Origin: Eledone cirrhosa
Lineage: Eukaryota
Direction of reading: 5' to 3'
Assembly (NCBI GenBank): GCA_964016885.1
Contig: OZ024742.1
Coordinates: 216,752,001-216,816,000 of the forward strand
DNA: 64,000 nucleotides
The notes below the pieces were generated by a model that saw only the letters and a list, made by a program, of their open reading frames with translations, was not told the origin of the DNA and searched no databases. The translations under genes were made by a program, and so were the position numbers. Shown one piece after another: positions 26,127 through 41,743 of this stretch. Every line of letters starts with the position of its first letter. Within the stretch, counting starts at the first letter, position 1.

Positions 26127-26295
26127 TTTTTATTAGATAATGCTCAATCATTTTATATAATGTCAATGGTTTTCCATGAATTTGTAAGATTTTGTAAATT
26201 AAATTTGTTGGTTTTTCATTTCAATTATTATTATTTCAATTATTATTATTTTATTTATTTTATCGACCCCGTAAGTTAACCTCAGCGGGATATGG

Positions 26296-26416
26296 TCTGA
26301 GTTCAAATCCCGCCAAGGTTAACTTTGCCCTTCATCCTTACGGGGTCGATAAAATAAAGTACGAGTAATACACTGGGATAATTGTTGGCCTTGTGCCAAA
26401 AGTAGAAACAATTATT
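26296..26416 (+). mobile_element. 5'-truncated SINE family A with short inverted piece upstream (26255-26290)
   Basis: ctgagttcaaatcccgcc..gtagaaacaattatt. Confidence 0.8.
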
Positions 26417-27039
26417 ATACTATCTAACTTGATAGTTTTCTTAAACCTAAATTTTGAAAAATCCTCTTAGTATCTGTTTTAATTGTGTGTGTCAAAACAT
26501 CAAAAGTAATAATATTGAACCATCGTACTGCTAATCAATCAGATTTTGAATGATAAATACCTAATATAGGCACTACTGTGCACACCCCTACTGCCCAATA
26601 AACCCCACTGTTCAAGCGTGCAACTGACTGGTCGCGACTCAGCCAGGTGCATGCAAATCTCCCCTGACAGCAATTAATTTTCATTGTGGCAGATTTGTGA
26701 CAACTAACATAGTAACCTCAACAATTCACATATGATGGGGCCTTTCACATTCTTCATATATCCAAAGCCATAACCTCGGCATTTATGTTTAACCGCTGTT
26801 ACATTTCAGCAGCATTCGTAAAGAACACTGCCAACAATTCCTTTAAGAATATACCCACAAACTCCAACTGGGTGGGGGAGGGTAGTCACTATTGCAACAC
26901 ATTCAGGGCTACTGTAAAATGTTCACAAACTGATCCTGAGCATAGCCCAGCCTGCAAGGCTGATTCCACTTACCAAATTGCAGCAACGAGTTATGATGCT
27001 TTGCAACGATCCCAAATAAACTTCTACCTTATCAATCGA

Positions 27040-27195
27040 CGGCGGCGAATTGGCAGAGTCGTTAAAACGTCGAATAGAATGATTTATGTTATTCGTTCCG
27101 GCTCTCTGCTCTCTGAGTTCGAATCCCATCGAAGTCAACTTTACCTTTCATCATTTCGAGGTCGATAAAAAAGTACCAGTCTACTACTGAGGTCA
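27040..27195 (+). mobile_element. Diverged SINE family A
   Basis: ggcggcgaattggcagagtcgtta..gagttcgaatccc..ctttcatcatttcgaggtcgataaaaaagtaccagt. Confidence 0.75.
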
Positions 27196-28467
27196 ATTCT
27201 TCCCCTCTCTCTCTCTCTCTCTCTCTCTCTCACTTTATATCCACCACTGGAAGAAATCTGCTGTACTCAGGCCTGGAGAGATATGGGCTCCGCCAGGCTT
27301 AAAATGCCCAAGACACGCCGTATGTCAAATCGGCGCCCCTATAAATCTATCAGGAGTTAAGGGATCATACATACATACCTTATCCATGGCCTATCAGTTA
27401 AGGCGGCTCTAGTAGCTGCACTCTTGCTGAAAATGCTTCCACATTTGCCGTACATACTGCAACCACTCAACAAAACTCCTTTTACACCATTTTCTACACT
27501 CCCTCAATCTCACCACCCCGTACATGTAATCGCTAGCTGCAATATGTAATGCGACCTTACTCCTCGAATTATATCAGCTAGAAACTATTGCTTTTACTAC
27601 TAGCTACTTCGGCAAACGTAATTCTGACCTGAATTAGCAAAACTGTTTAGCAAAGTTGCCTCACTATGATCTTCATCCGTTTCTTATTTCTTGGCTTCAA
27701 AGTTTCCTCTTAGCTGCCATAATTGTAGTCCGTGCAGAGTATATAGATAAACTCTGTTGTACCCCTCGGTTATATCGCCTAGACTCTCCCTTCTGTACAT
27801 TAGTTGTATACTTTCTGCACCTCTAGCTGCAAACACATATATAAGACAATGCCCAACCGTGCTTTTAATTTTCATCACACTGGCGTTATTCACAACCGCA
27901 GCATTCTTACCTGTCTGGGCGGGCCTTGAAAAATTCATGAACACATCCCCTCTTCCTCTGACAATCGTATAAAAAATAATAGCTTTTGATTCCGCGATTA
28001 TTTGCCAGTGATGCTCTAAGTGTCTATGAGCAAAGGAAACCAATTTGATTCAATCTTTGTACAGAGAAAAATCGTTTTATCTTACTCACTTCTCTGGTTT
28101 TTGATTAGTTAGTCATAACTGTCAAACCATTGATCATTCTGTCTATAACTTTCATTCCTTTGATTTCATTCTTTTGATTTAAGGTTACAACATCTAAAGA
28201 AGAGTTACGTTTGCAGTTAGGATCAGAGCTAAAGTTAAGGGCTAGGTTTTGTTTTAAAAAGAATAAAGAAAATAATCTTTTCTTTCTTCTATTTTCTTAC
28301 CGCAAAGACTATACACACAGCAAGTATGGCAATAAAAATAACATAAGATATTTTTATAGTTTTTATGTTTTTCCTTAAGTTTTTGTTTATCGTAATAATG
28401 TCGCAGAATTTTACATTGTCACACAATTCTCTATTCTCTATCTTCTATTGTTCATTTTATATTCCAG

Positions 28468-28518
28468 CCCAAAATACTTCATATGCCCCTCAATACCCAG
28501 AGGGGCCATTAGGCAGCG
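28468..28518 (+). CDS. Probable 51-nt phase 1-1 exon of the nAChR-like gene (xQNTSYAPQYPEGPLGS)
   Basis: Pyrimidine tract + ttccag acceptor, strong G|gtaagt donor, GC-richer than flanks, open frame whose phase joins exon 49198 (G+CT = Ala). Confidence 0.5.
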
Positions 28519-29447
28519 GTAAGTGGTTTGGAATGGTGAAGAAAAACATTGAAACTAATTCATGTCTAGAATAATAACTACTGATTTCTTTTATTTCCTA
28601 TTCTTCATTCAAAGAATGCTTATTTTATCATTGTTTTAGAAATCTAACTCCTATTTTAAAATGGAAAATTAATTTTTAATGCACGATAATATTTTCAGCA
28701 CTAAAAATTACAAATGCCTGGCTTTGCATGACGGTTGACGATCGTTTTTAAGCCAGGTAAAATTTATGCAAAGAATTTTTATTTTTGAATACATAAAAAA
28801 AGAAAATAAAAATAGTAAAAGAAAGGTTGAAATATAACGATTTTCCTATTAGAAAATGTGGCTAGAACTTGTTTTACTTGATCTTTTTTCCTATATTTTT
28901 TTTAATTAATATTTTAATATATTAATAATTTCCAACCAAAAAATAATACGTAGTATTCCTGCTTAAACAATATTTCATTCACTGCTGTAGTGCATGAGAT
29001 GCATTATAACATTTGCTTTCTAATACACAAGCAAAGTTTCACTTTCTTTTCTTTCTTCATTCTAGAGTATATTTTATAAATATATTTACTGCGTTCTTTT
29101 TCTCATGGAGAATCCATCAGCCGCCATGAAATAAATTCAATCATTAAAAATACGTCATGAGCCTATATTGTGACCTTATATAAAAATAGATCATACCAAC
29201 CAATGCTAAATTCAATTACTAATTTATCTGACACTTTCGTCTGTTAGATTAATACGTCCGTGCAGAAAACTATTCTTTGGTGATTTCTGAAAACCGGTGA
29301 TACTTCCGGTGTTGAACTATTTTATTTGTACGTTCATATTTCACCTGGACCAGTACGATACTGTATGTTATTATACTGTATTCTTTATTTCTCCTCTCTC
29401 TTTCCGTCTTTCTCTATTTCTCCTCTCTCTTTCTCTCTTTCCGTCTT

Positions 29448-29496
<49 letters not shown>

Positions 29497-29504
29497 TACA
29501 TATG

Positions 29505-29545
<41 letters not shown>

Positions 29546-30049
29546 AGTTATCTTCCTCTCTCACGCACATGTACACACTAATTTCCTTCCTTATTCTGCT
29601 GATAGACCACATGCTAACACTTTATTTTTGGTTTCGATTTGATTATTTTTGTTTGTATTTTCGGGTCTCGTGACGTCCCTCCATTTCCTATTTTAATTAT
29701 ACCATTCTTACGTAAGTCACAAATGAACAGCTGCCATATATTAATGCATGTGCACGCATACATATATACATAAATGCATTTATAAATATATTCGCACATA
29801 CATACCCACATATGCATATAAACATACAGACGTACATACACACATAATACATACACACCCCCACACATACATACATACATACATACATACATACATACAT
29901 ACATACATACATACATACATACATACATACATACATGCATGCATATAAACAAGACACTTGATGGCAGTAAACAAAATGTTTTGCAATACTTCACAATCTG
30001 AATTCAAATACTGTCGAGGTCTGCATTGACTACCATCTTACTTAAATCG

Positions 30050-30620
30050 ATATTAGCAGAGCATCGGACAAAATGACTTGCGATATTTGTTCTGATACTG
30101 TGGGCTCTAGTTTAAAATACTCAATGCCTTACCCTCCTTATCAACTGGCACGCAGCTGGATAATGATAACCTGCGAATGGAGATTTCCCTGAGGCTCGGT
30201 CTCCGGGTCTGCGACCCACACAAGTGTAGCTGCGGATCTACAGTAGACTCTTTTGGCATCCACTCGTTGTGCTGTCACTACAGTGCCGGCCGCTTTCTAC
30301 GCCACGCTATTCTCAATGAGGTTCTAAAGTATGGCTTGGATGCTGCAGGCTTCCCTTCTCATCTCGAGCCGATGGTGCTGGACCGAGGGGACGCAAAATG
30401 CCAGACGGCATGACCATCTTTGTTGGTAGACCCCTATCATTTGGGATGCCACGTGCAGCAACCCAGTGCTATCTGCGACAAATGCAGGCTCTGCTGCACG
30501 GGTTTGCAGTGGAGACTTCTGGTGTCCATGGCCCTCGAGCCTCGCGAGCTGGAGTGGCTCCTCCTGCGCGTCTCCGTCACTATCCTCCGGGGTAACGCTT
30601 TCTCTATTCTCTCCGCTGCG
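30050..30620 (+). mobile_element. CRE-like LINE 3' fragment
   Basis: LNALP..GTQLDNDNLRMEISLRLGL..HKCSCG..HSLCC..GRFLRHAILNEVLK..LEP; EPRELEWLLLRVSVTILRGNAFSIL. Confidence 0.8.
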
Positions 30621-31502
30621 GGGGGGGGGCAGCCAGCGCGTATCCCCCACCCCACCTCCACCCACCCCCTGTTCATTATAGTGATAGGTGGGGAGAGCGG
30701 GAGAGACGAAGACAGTGACAATGGGAGTTTGGTTCCTTTGTGTAGACAAACACAGATATATTAAGAGTGACCTGGTCATTTCTAAGTGACTAGAGCAACA
30801 GGCTAATTTTATAAATATATTTCATATACTACCAAGGTGAAGATTACTTTATATTCCCGCGGATCAGTAAAATAAAATACCAGTGACGTCCCACTCCTCC
30901 AATTTTTTTACCTCGTGCTTTTGTTAAAAACAATTATTATGATTATTAATTTTCTTCTATTGTTATTTATTTCATCATCCAATAAAATAGGTAACAATCA
31001 ATTACTCTCTGGTTAAATTAATCGAGTGTCTATTCCCTGTCACAAAATATGTGACGTTTGACTGAAAACATTAATTCATTGCCGATACAGTACTGGATGG
31101 CATTTACAACAATACATAATAGTGGAACTGTTTCAGCTCAGTACATTTGCGTCAATAGTTTCCTTTGATATATACTATTAACATTACACTGCCACATATT
31201 CATACACCAAATCAAACGCTTTGTAATTATACATAGAATCAATCACGAGGTACGTTTTTTTCTGATATTATGTCAAGAAGACCTTTAACAAAAGTATTGT
31301 TACATATATAGATTGAAGTTCAATTACAAATTCATAAATACCCTTTCCAAAGGGGAGGGGACTGAGAGTGGCAGGAAGATATAGAAAGAGAAAATATCAA
31401 CGAAAATATTCTGTTTATGTTCCCGCCATTCATTTATTCTTTTCCACATAGATTTTATTTTCGTTCACTTCTCTGAAATATGATTTTAACAAACACACTC
31501 CC

Positions 31503-32431
<929 letters not shown>

Positions 32432-32664
32432 TATACCTTATTACACAATGCTTCAAGTGAATTATAACCTCCTCCATATATATATATATATATATGATTT
32501 TAACAAATACACTCTCCTCATATATATATATAAGTATATTGGAAAATGTGTGAGGTCCTTGGTACAGTTAGGTATATTAGAAAAAAAGGAAAAGAAGGAC
32601 TTCACTTGTAGTTATAAATAATTTGATTTAATTTTATAATATTATAATAATATCAGTTGGTAGA

Positions 32665-32709
<45 letters not shown>

Positions 32710-33206
32710 GTGTGTATGTAATTAGAAGTTTTATATCGAATAATATTAATAATATTCGATTCGGTTGCATTATTTGATATATAAGCCATAAATACATTTA
32801 TGTAATCAACTGTGGAGGACCTAGAAACCAAATTCTAATTTTGTTTTAAATTTTCGGTGAAGCCAACCGTAAAATCGCTAGGTATGTAAATAAGGCTAAT
32901 CAGCCGATGTATACTTTTGAAAATATTGCATATTTTCAATAGTTCAAGCGAGAGGCAGATAGAAATACACACTTTTCACAAAGGGCAATAACCCAGAAAC
33001 ATGTTGACTGTTTCTTTATGCCACTGATATATCATGGTGGTCATCTACAAAACATAGCGTAATGAAGTTGTTTGCATGTAAACGAATGGAATGTTACAAT
33101 TATTATTAGATATAAAACTTGTGTGAGAGCGGGAAACCACATTCTATATATATACTTCGGGTGAAGTATCTAGTTGTCCATATCTATATCTCTCTATCTA
33201 TCTATC

Positions 33207-33525
<319 letters not shown>

Positions 33526-33583
33526 TTACAAACGAAACGAAATTTAATTTCGTTTCGTTATTTATTTTTATATATATATATAT

Positions 33584-33849
33584 AGAAAAAGAGATGAAAT
33601 CGAAAATGCAACTTGAGTCTTATTTTTTTTTAAATATATGTATTTATTTGGTTCCTTTACCGGTTTCGCAGTTCTTCTGCTTTTCAAAAGGTGAGTTGAG
33701 ATGGAGGGTCTGTAAACCACAGACCCTCCATCTCAACTCACCTTTTGAAAAGCAGAAGAACTGCGAAACCGGTAAAGGAACCAAATAAATATATATATTT
33801 TAAAAAAAATAAGACTCCAGTTGCATTTTCGATTTCATCTCTTTTTCTT
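33584..33849. repeat. Fold-back palindrome (about 128-bp arms, 7-nt loop) with variant hammerhead
   Basis: Centre ggtctg-taaacca-cagacc; right arm cctt-TTGAAAA-gcag aagaa ctgc-GAAA-ccgg-TA-aagg (33741-33778). Confidence 0.92.
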
Positions 33850-34367
33850 TATACTTTCACTCGTGTAAGACACCTCGGTTATTTTTCATTTTGTAAAAAA
33901 AACCTCACTTTCTAATAGATAGATATATAGATATATATAGATATATAGATATATAGATATATATATGTATATATATATAAATTCAGCGAGAATCGCACTT
34001 CGGCGGGTCGAGAAAGCGAAACGAAACGCAAAAATCAGAGTTATGCTGGCAAGCGCTTCGTCGTTAAAAAACCAGAGCTAAACAATATGTTAAAACGCCA
34101 TACAAACTGAAAAAGTGGTCAAGAAAGCATTAACCACCTAAGACAAAAATATATATATTTATAAATATAAATATATATATTTATATTTATATCACGATAA
34201 ATTAACGAAGGTATAGGCCGTCGTTATTCCCTGTAAATAATGTGCTCAAAGGAGAAGAGATCCTGAGCCCTTTAAAATATAATATGCTGAGAAGGTAACA
34301 CACCATATATCGCACTATATATCTCTCTCTGGTGTGTTACCTTCTCAACATATTATATTTATATATT

Positions 34368-34472
<105 letters not shown>

Positions 34473-34497
34473 GTATGTATATATATATGTATGTATG

Positions 34498-34762
<265 letters not shown>

Positions 34763-34809
34763 ATATATATATATATATGTATGTATATATATATATATAT
34801 GTATGTATG

Positions 34810-34882
<73 letters not shown>

Positions 34883-34916
34883 ATATATACATGTATGTAT
34901 GTATATATATATATTG

Positions 34917-35030
34917 CTCGTCCAGGATCTGTTACAGGTTCGTGTGGTTGACTGTGGCCTGGAAGTGCACCAATTTCTATAGTCTGACAAGCGATTGTAG
35001 TACTCTTGGCGGAGTTTGCAGCCATCATTT
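34917..35030 (+). mobile_element. RTE LINE 3' end (same family as 46071-46680)
   Basis: ctgacaagcgattgtagtactcttggcggagtttgcagccatca + (TATG)n. Confidence 0.7.
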
Positions 35031-35134
35031 ATGTATGTATGTATGCATGTATGTAGAATGTATGTATGTATGTATGTATGTATGTATGTATGTATGTATG
35101 TATGTATGTATGTATGTATGTATGTATGTATGTA

Positions 35135-35875
35135 TGAGAGATGACCCCTTAGCCTTTGTCAAGGCAGAATTCTATGAGAAGGAAAACTCTGATATAACAC
35201 CTGCAACCCTGATGGTATCCAATGATGTTGACTTGTTCTTCTTTTTGGTAAATATCATCTTGGTTAAGAGAGTGGGACTGGCTTTGTGCAGTGCCTTTGC
35301 TCACTATAAAATCTTCACGGCACAGGCATTGCTTTATATCTGGAGATCTCTCTGCACTTGTCCTCACATGGTACCATGGGCCCAGCACTGTGTGTCAATA
35401 ATTGTCACAAGTGTAGTGTTTGTACCAGAGTTTTCAAGTCGCTGGCTGGACTAAAAAGTCACACTCGTTCAGCGCTTCGGTAGGGGTTCTCCTGCATGGA
35501 TATAAAGTAGTGGCCGTACTCGAAAACGAGTTGGCAGCCACCAGGTATGTATGTATGTATGTATGTATGTATGTCCCATGTATGTATGTCGTTGGCGACT
35601 AAACTGGCAACCCTACCAAGGTTTCTTGGTGAGGAGGGTGAATTTGGACATCCTGCAGGACTAAAAACAAAACCTGTCAAAGGGCAAAGGAGCTCTTCAG
35701 AGTCAATGGCCATCCAAAATCACCGGGAGAGATGACCCCTTAGCCTTTTTCAAGGCAGAATTCTAGGAGAACTAAAACTCTGATATAACACCTGCAACTC
35801 TGATGGTATCCAATGATGTTGACTTATTCTTCTTTTTGGTAAATATCCTCTTGGTTAAGAGAGTGGGACTGGCTT
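35135..35875 (+). mobile_element. Two tandem partial copies of RTE-derived family B
   Basis: 35135-35543 (5'-truncated, ends gttggcagccacc) and 35588-35875 (3'-truncated) align to 59634-60207. Confidence 0.85.
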
Positions 35876-35894
35876 TTATATATATATATGTATG

Positions 35895-35994
<100 letters not shown>

Positions 35995-36093
35995 TATATA
36001 TATATATATGCATATATATATATGCATATATATGTGCATATATATATATATATATGTAAATATATATATATATATTTATATATATATAACTAG

Positions 36094-36146
<53 letters not shown>

Positions 36147-36152
36147 GCTAGT

Positions 36153-36226
<74 letters not shown>

Positions 36227-36234
36227 GGTTTCTC

Positions 36235-36870
36235 TCTCAAAATGAAAGGCAGACTGTATGATGCGTGTAACCGAACAGCAATGTTACATGGGCTCTGAAG
36301 GTGGGAGACTTACGTAGATTAGAGAGAAACGAAGCCTGCATGCTCCGATGGATGTGTAAGGGTAATATACGCGAACGGCAAAGCATAAATGAATTGAGAG
36401 AGAGACTGAGCATAAGAGGAGTCAAATGCTGTGTGCAGGAGAGCCGGTTGCATTGGTATAGACATGTGATGCGTATGAAGGATGACAGCTGCATAAAAAG
36501 GTGCAGAGCACTAGAAGTCGATGGAAACCGCGGAGTGGGGAGACCCAAGATGACCTGGGATGAGGTGATAAAAGCCGACCTTACCCAATTACACCTCTCC
36601 AAGGCGATTACACACGACCGTGACTTCTGGCGTCACGCAGTAATACAGAGTACCCGACCTCCCGTGGTACAAGCACCCAGCACTCACTGTAAATGAGGTT
36701 GGTGTTAGGAAGGGCATCCAGCTGTAGAAATCAAGCCAAATCAGTTCCTGTATGAACAAGGCATGGTCAGCCGACCAGACACTGTCCACAACAGGACAAC
36801 ACGTCTAACCCATGCTAGCGTGGAAGAACGGACGTAAAACGGTGATGATGATGATGATGATGATGATGAT
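36235..36870 (+). mobile_element. RTE-clade LINE 3' fragment with (GAT)n tail
   Basis: KGRLYDAC..LRRLERNEACMLRWMC..RLHWYRHVMRM..RGVGRPKMTWDEVIKADL..DRDFWR; ends acgtaaaacggtgatgatg. Confidence 0.88.
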
Positions 36871-37180
36871 TTATATATATATATATATATATATATAGCT
36901 AGTTATATATATATATATATATATAGCTAGTTAGATACTTTATCCGATTTACAGCATGTATTAAGGCGAAGTTATTTCAAATATCCCACAAATGTATGTA
37001 TATACAAAATACCTATGTGTGTGTGTGCACGTGTGTGTGTGTGCGTCTTTGCTTCTGAGTACCGTGTAAAATAATATCTTCCCATCCTTTAAAATCAAAA
37101 ATATAGTAAAATCAAAGGAACAAAATAATAACGCCCACACACACACTAACGTACACACAAATATAAACACACACACACAC

Positions 37181-37230
<50 letters not shown>

Positions 37231-37242
37231 CATATATATTTC

Positions 37243-37295
<53 letters not shown>

Positions 37296-37385
37296 TATAT
37301 ATATATTTCTACATATATATATATATTTATATATACATATATATTTCTACATATATATATATATTTATATATACATATATATTTC

Positions 37386-37463
<78 letters not shown>

Positions 37464-37964
37464 CATATGTACATATATATATATATTCATATATATATAT
37501 ATATATGTGTGTGTGTGTTTATGTATATATGTATGTATATATAGTTAAAACATTTTCGGAATGTGAAGTATTTTATAATCAAAGTCATTTTCTGATACTC
37601 ATTATATAGTGTACGCTCCTACTACCACTTCGTAACTTCCCTCTCTCCTCCGTTACCCCTACTAATTGCCGTTGGCCACAACTGAGTTTCTTTGCTGTGC
37701 CTAAATGCATGTATGGGGCATGTGATGAAAGGGTGATGAAATAACGAATAAAACAAAAATTACCGAAAAAGAAGTCGGGAAAGGAAAATCTGTATTAAGT
37801 GAAATTATGTAATATGATTACATTTGATTTATGTTTTTTTTTATTTTTTACGCTACTTTCTTTTTATATATATATTTTTTAGTATTATTGCATATTTTGT
37901 TATTAATATTTATTAATAGGATTTCATTTATTTTTTGTCGTATGTTTTGTACCTAATAATTGAT

Positions 37965-37996
<32 letters not shown>

Positions 37997-38085
37997 CGTG
38001 TAGTAATAACTATATTGCAGCGGGTTAAGGTATGCCTTCTGCACATACATATACGCACATCGACATGTGTGTGTGCGTATGTGTG

Positions 38086-38150
<65 letters not shown>

Positions 38151-38187
38151 ATGTATAAATATATACATGCATATATAAATAAGTACA

Positions 38188-38232
<45 letters not shown>

Positions 38233-38330
38233 GCATATATATATATATATATATATATAAATATATATATATGTATGTATATATATATATATAATATACA
38301 TACGCACACACACATGTATATATATATTTC

Positions 38331-38379
<49 letters not shown>

Positions 38380-38392
38380 ATATATATATACA

Positions 38393-38442
<50 letters not shown>

Positions 38443-38476
38443 TACATACGCGCACACACATGTCGATGTGCGTATA

Positions 38477-38520
<44 letters not shown>

Positions 38521-38636
38521 ATATATATATATACGCACATCGACATGCGTGTGTGCGTATGTATATATAATATATATATGCATGTATTTATATATATATA
38601 CATGTATATATTTATGTATGCATGTATTTATATATA

Positions 38637-38691
<55 letters not shown>

Positions 38692-38932
38692 CCTATACAT
38701 ACGTGCACGCAGACAAATATTCCAATATGATACATACGTACATACATACCTACATACCTACATACATACAGACAGACATTTACATACATACTTACATACA
38801 TATATATTCTTATGTAGGCCTAATTTAAACAGTTTCAATTATTAGACTGCGGCCATGTTGCAGCACCACCTTCGAATTTATTTTAATCGCTTGTAGTGAC
38901 ACCAGTATTGATTTCAATCTGATATTATTTTA

Positions 38933-39296
38933 GGGCGGTTAATTGGCAGTATCGGTAGAGGGTTGGACGCCATGCTTTGATGCGTAGAGTTACGGCCCTT
39001 GCCATTCTGAGTTCAAATCCCGCCTAGGTTAATTTTGCCTTTCATCTTTACGGAGTCGATAAAATAAAGTACCAGTAATGTACTGGGATAATTGCTGGCC
39101 TTGTGCCAAAAGTAGAAACAATTATTATATATTGACCCACAACATACTTCGTGACATAGTGTTACGGCCCTTTACGTTGTGTTCAAATTCTGCCGAGGTT
39201 AACTTGGCCTTTCATCCTTACGGGGTCGATAAACTAAAGTACCAGTAATGCACTGGGATAATTGCTGGCCTTGTGCCAAAAATAGAAACAATTATT
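38933..39296 (+). mobile_element. Two tandem SINE family A copies
   Basis: 38933-39126 full-length, 39145-39296 5'-truncated. Confidence 0.85.
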
Positions 39297-39388
39297 TTAG
39301 TGTTCTACTTTTTAGTGATTTTTTTTTTAATTTTAATTTTGACTCAACATACACGCGTAAAGTTGTAATATCGGATACACACACACAA

Positions 39389-39480
<92 letters not shown>

Positions 39481-39621
39481 CCGTACGTGTGTTTGTGTGG
39501 TATGTAGGTATGTATGTATATTGTATATACAGATATAGATATATATATAGAGAGAGAGATAAAGAAAGAGAGAGACAGAGAGAGAGAGACAGTGTCAGAG
39601 ACAGAGATGACAGGCTTCTAA

Positions 39622-39652
<31 letters not shown>

Positions 39653-39682
39653 GTATGTAGGTACGTATGTATATTGTATATA

Positions 39683-39897
39683 CAGGGTAGGCCAGAATTC
39701 ATGACTTGCTTGTTAGTTATATTTCTTAACATGCTTCTTTTATTGTTATTGTTATTCTATTGTCCCTGACTGGCTGAACGAAATTTTCCCTGATCTTATG
39801 CCTGTATATGGTATTATATTCCTTAACTTGTCTTATAACATTTTGTATTAATAGATCTATAAATAATCAAGTGAGTCATGAATTCTGGTCCACCCTG
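39683..39897. mobile_element. Tc1/mariner-type MITE
   Basis: About 30-bp imperfect TIRs cagggtaggccagaattcatgacttgcttg / caagtgagtcatgaattctggtccaccctg; preceded by TA. Confidence 0.78.
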
Positions 39898-41743
39898 TGT
39901 ATATATATGTATGCATATATAGAGAGAGAGCGAGAAATAAAGAGACAGAGAGAGAGAAATAGAGATAAGAGGCTTCTTCTAGCTGTTTTCCCCTACCACT
40001 TTCTGTTCACGAGTTATCGGCTAAACCTATGCTGTAGCTTAAGACACTTGGCGAACGTACCACACACTGGGTATGAACCCGGAATACGCATACATATAAT
40101 ACGTAATATACATATTCAAACTATCACTCGTATTTCAAATACTCATATACACCCCACTCATGCATACGCGTGCACACACACGCACACACATACACTCACA
40201 CAAACACACACACGCACATTTGTTTATATATTAGAAAAGGCTTTCATCTTCTTACTTCCGGCTACTATATAAGAATATACGTGGTATATCACCTTTTTTT
40301 TTATCTCTTTTTTTTTTTCCTCTTCTATTTTTTTCAAAGAAGGATTTATGTCCGGAACTTTAAATAATTTTGCCATTTCCTCAAGCTTGCAACTAATAAC
40401 ATTATGTTTTATCTGGTTTTCTTCTTATAATAACTTTTTGTGATACCCATTTATGATATCCATAATACACATATAGAAATGAAGATAAATATTTACGTTT
40501 GTGTGTGTGCGTGTGTAGAGAGAGAGACAGGGAGAAAGAATTTTGAAGCACTATGTTTTAGATTTTACTGATCAAATTGTGAATGGAAAGCCATTTTTTT
40601 TAGAGTGTTTTTCTTTCTTTGGCATAAATATACATTTAGACCTATTCGCCGATATATTTCTGAATACCTCAACTTCCTCAGTTCCGGTAAAATTAACGTT
40701 CGATATTCATTCATACTTTTCAATTCTACTCTAGATTAAAGCATGATGGAATCCTATCAGTCTGCAATAGCTATTTGAAACAGAAGTGTTAATTTCAGTT
40801 GAACAGGTGACGAGTCAGCACGTAGTATTTACATCATGGGTTATGACTCGGTAGGTTGGGTTGACGCCATAGATTTGGGGTCCTCTTGTTTTAGATAAAT
40901 TTAATAATTTTCAAAATATAACAATACGCATTACCGGATGATAGAGAGAGAATTCACGTAACATTCTTACTTCACTTTTTTTTAATATATTTTTAATGAA
41001 GAGGAAACAGTTGCTGTTATAAAGAGAATGCCTCAAATCCCAAAAGTGAAGTCAAACTTTACAATTCAATTTCAACTCAATCAGGAACATTCGAGCTGCT
41101 TCGTTTTTAAATCCATAGAATTGCTTAGACCAAAGGTTTCAAAAATTAGTGACGTGACGCTTTAATATGTTGCCAATAATCTCTAGGTGTATCAACCAAA
41201 TCAATTTTTATGAACATTCGGCTGTAAATAATAATTAAGATCTGACAAATCGGCGTACGATTAGACACGTGACTGATGACACGTGATATAATATTTAATT
41301 GTTTGCTAATTAATTTTGTTCATTCGTGTTGCTAACAAAATGTCATGTACCCCGAAACATGTTATTTTTAAATGTGTAGCCATTGTGTAAAGTATGGAAG
41401 TTCTAGTTTAGGATTACCTCATATGTTTTCTACAGTCGAATTTATCTTTACTTTCATATTTTATATTTTCAATATCTAAAAATGTTGCATTTGCAATTAG
41501 ATTGGGTGGTTTTCCCTGTTAGTCAATAGTTCTCATTTAACCAACATCATAACATTTTGCTTGGTTTCATTATAACTTTTATTAGCTCAGAGATGATACT
41601 TTTCTAAACACTAGCTCTCACCACTGGGACTTGCATATATCTTCTATTATTGATATAAATAAAAATTCATATAGCAGTATATTTTCCAACTTTCCTTGAA
41701 CTATTAACCATATTTAATGTTGTTGTAGCATGGTTAGAAGTAT

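Noticed and set aside
26690-28050. GC-richer patches with faint LINE-RT (EVMALDI) or tyrosine-recombinase-like words
   Set aside because: Too degenerate to assign without a profile search.
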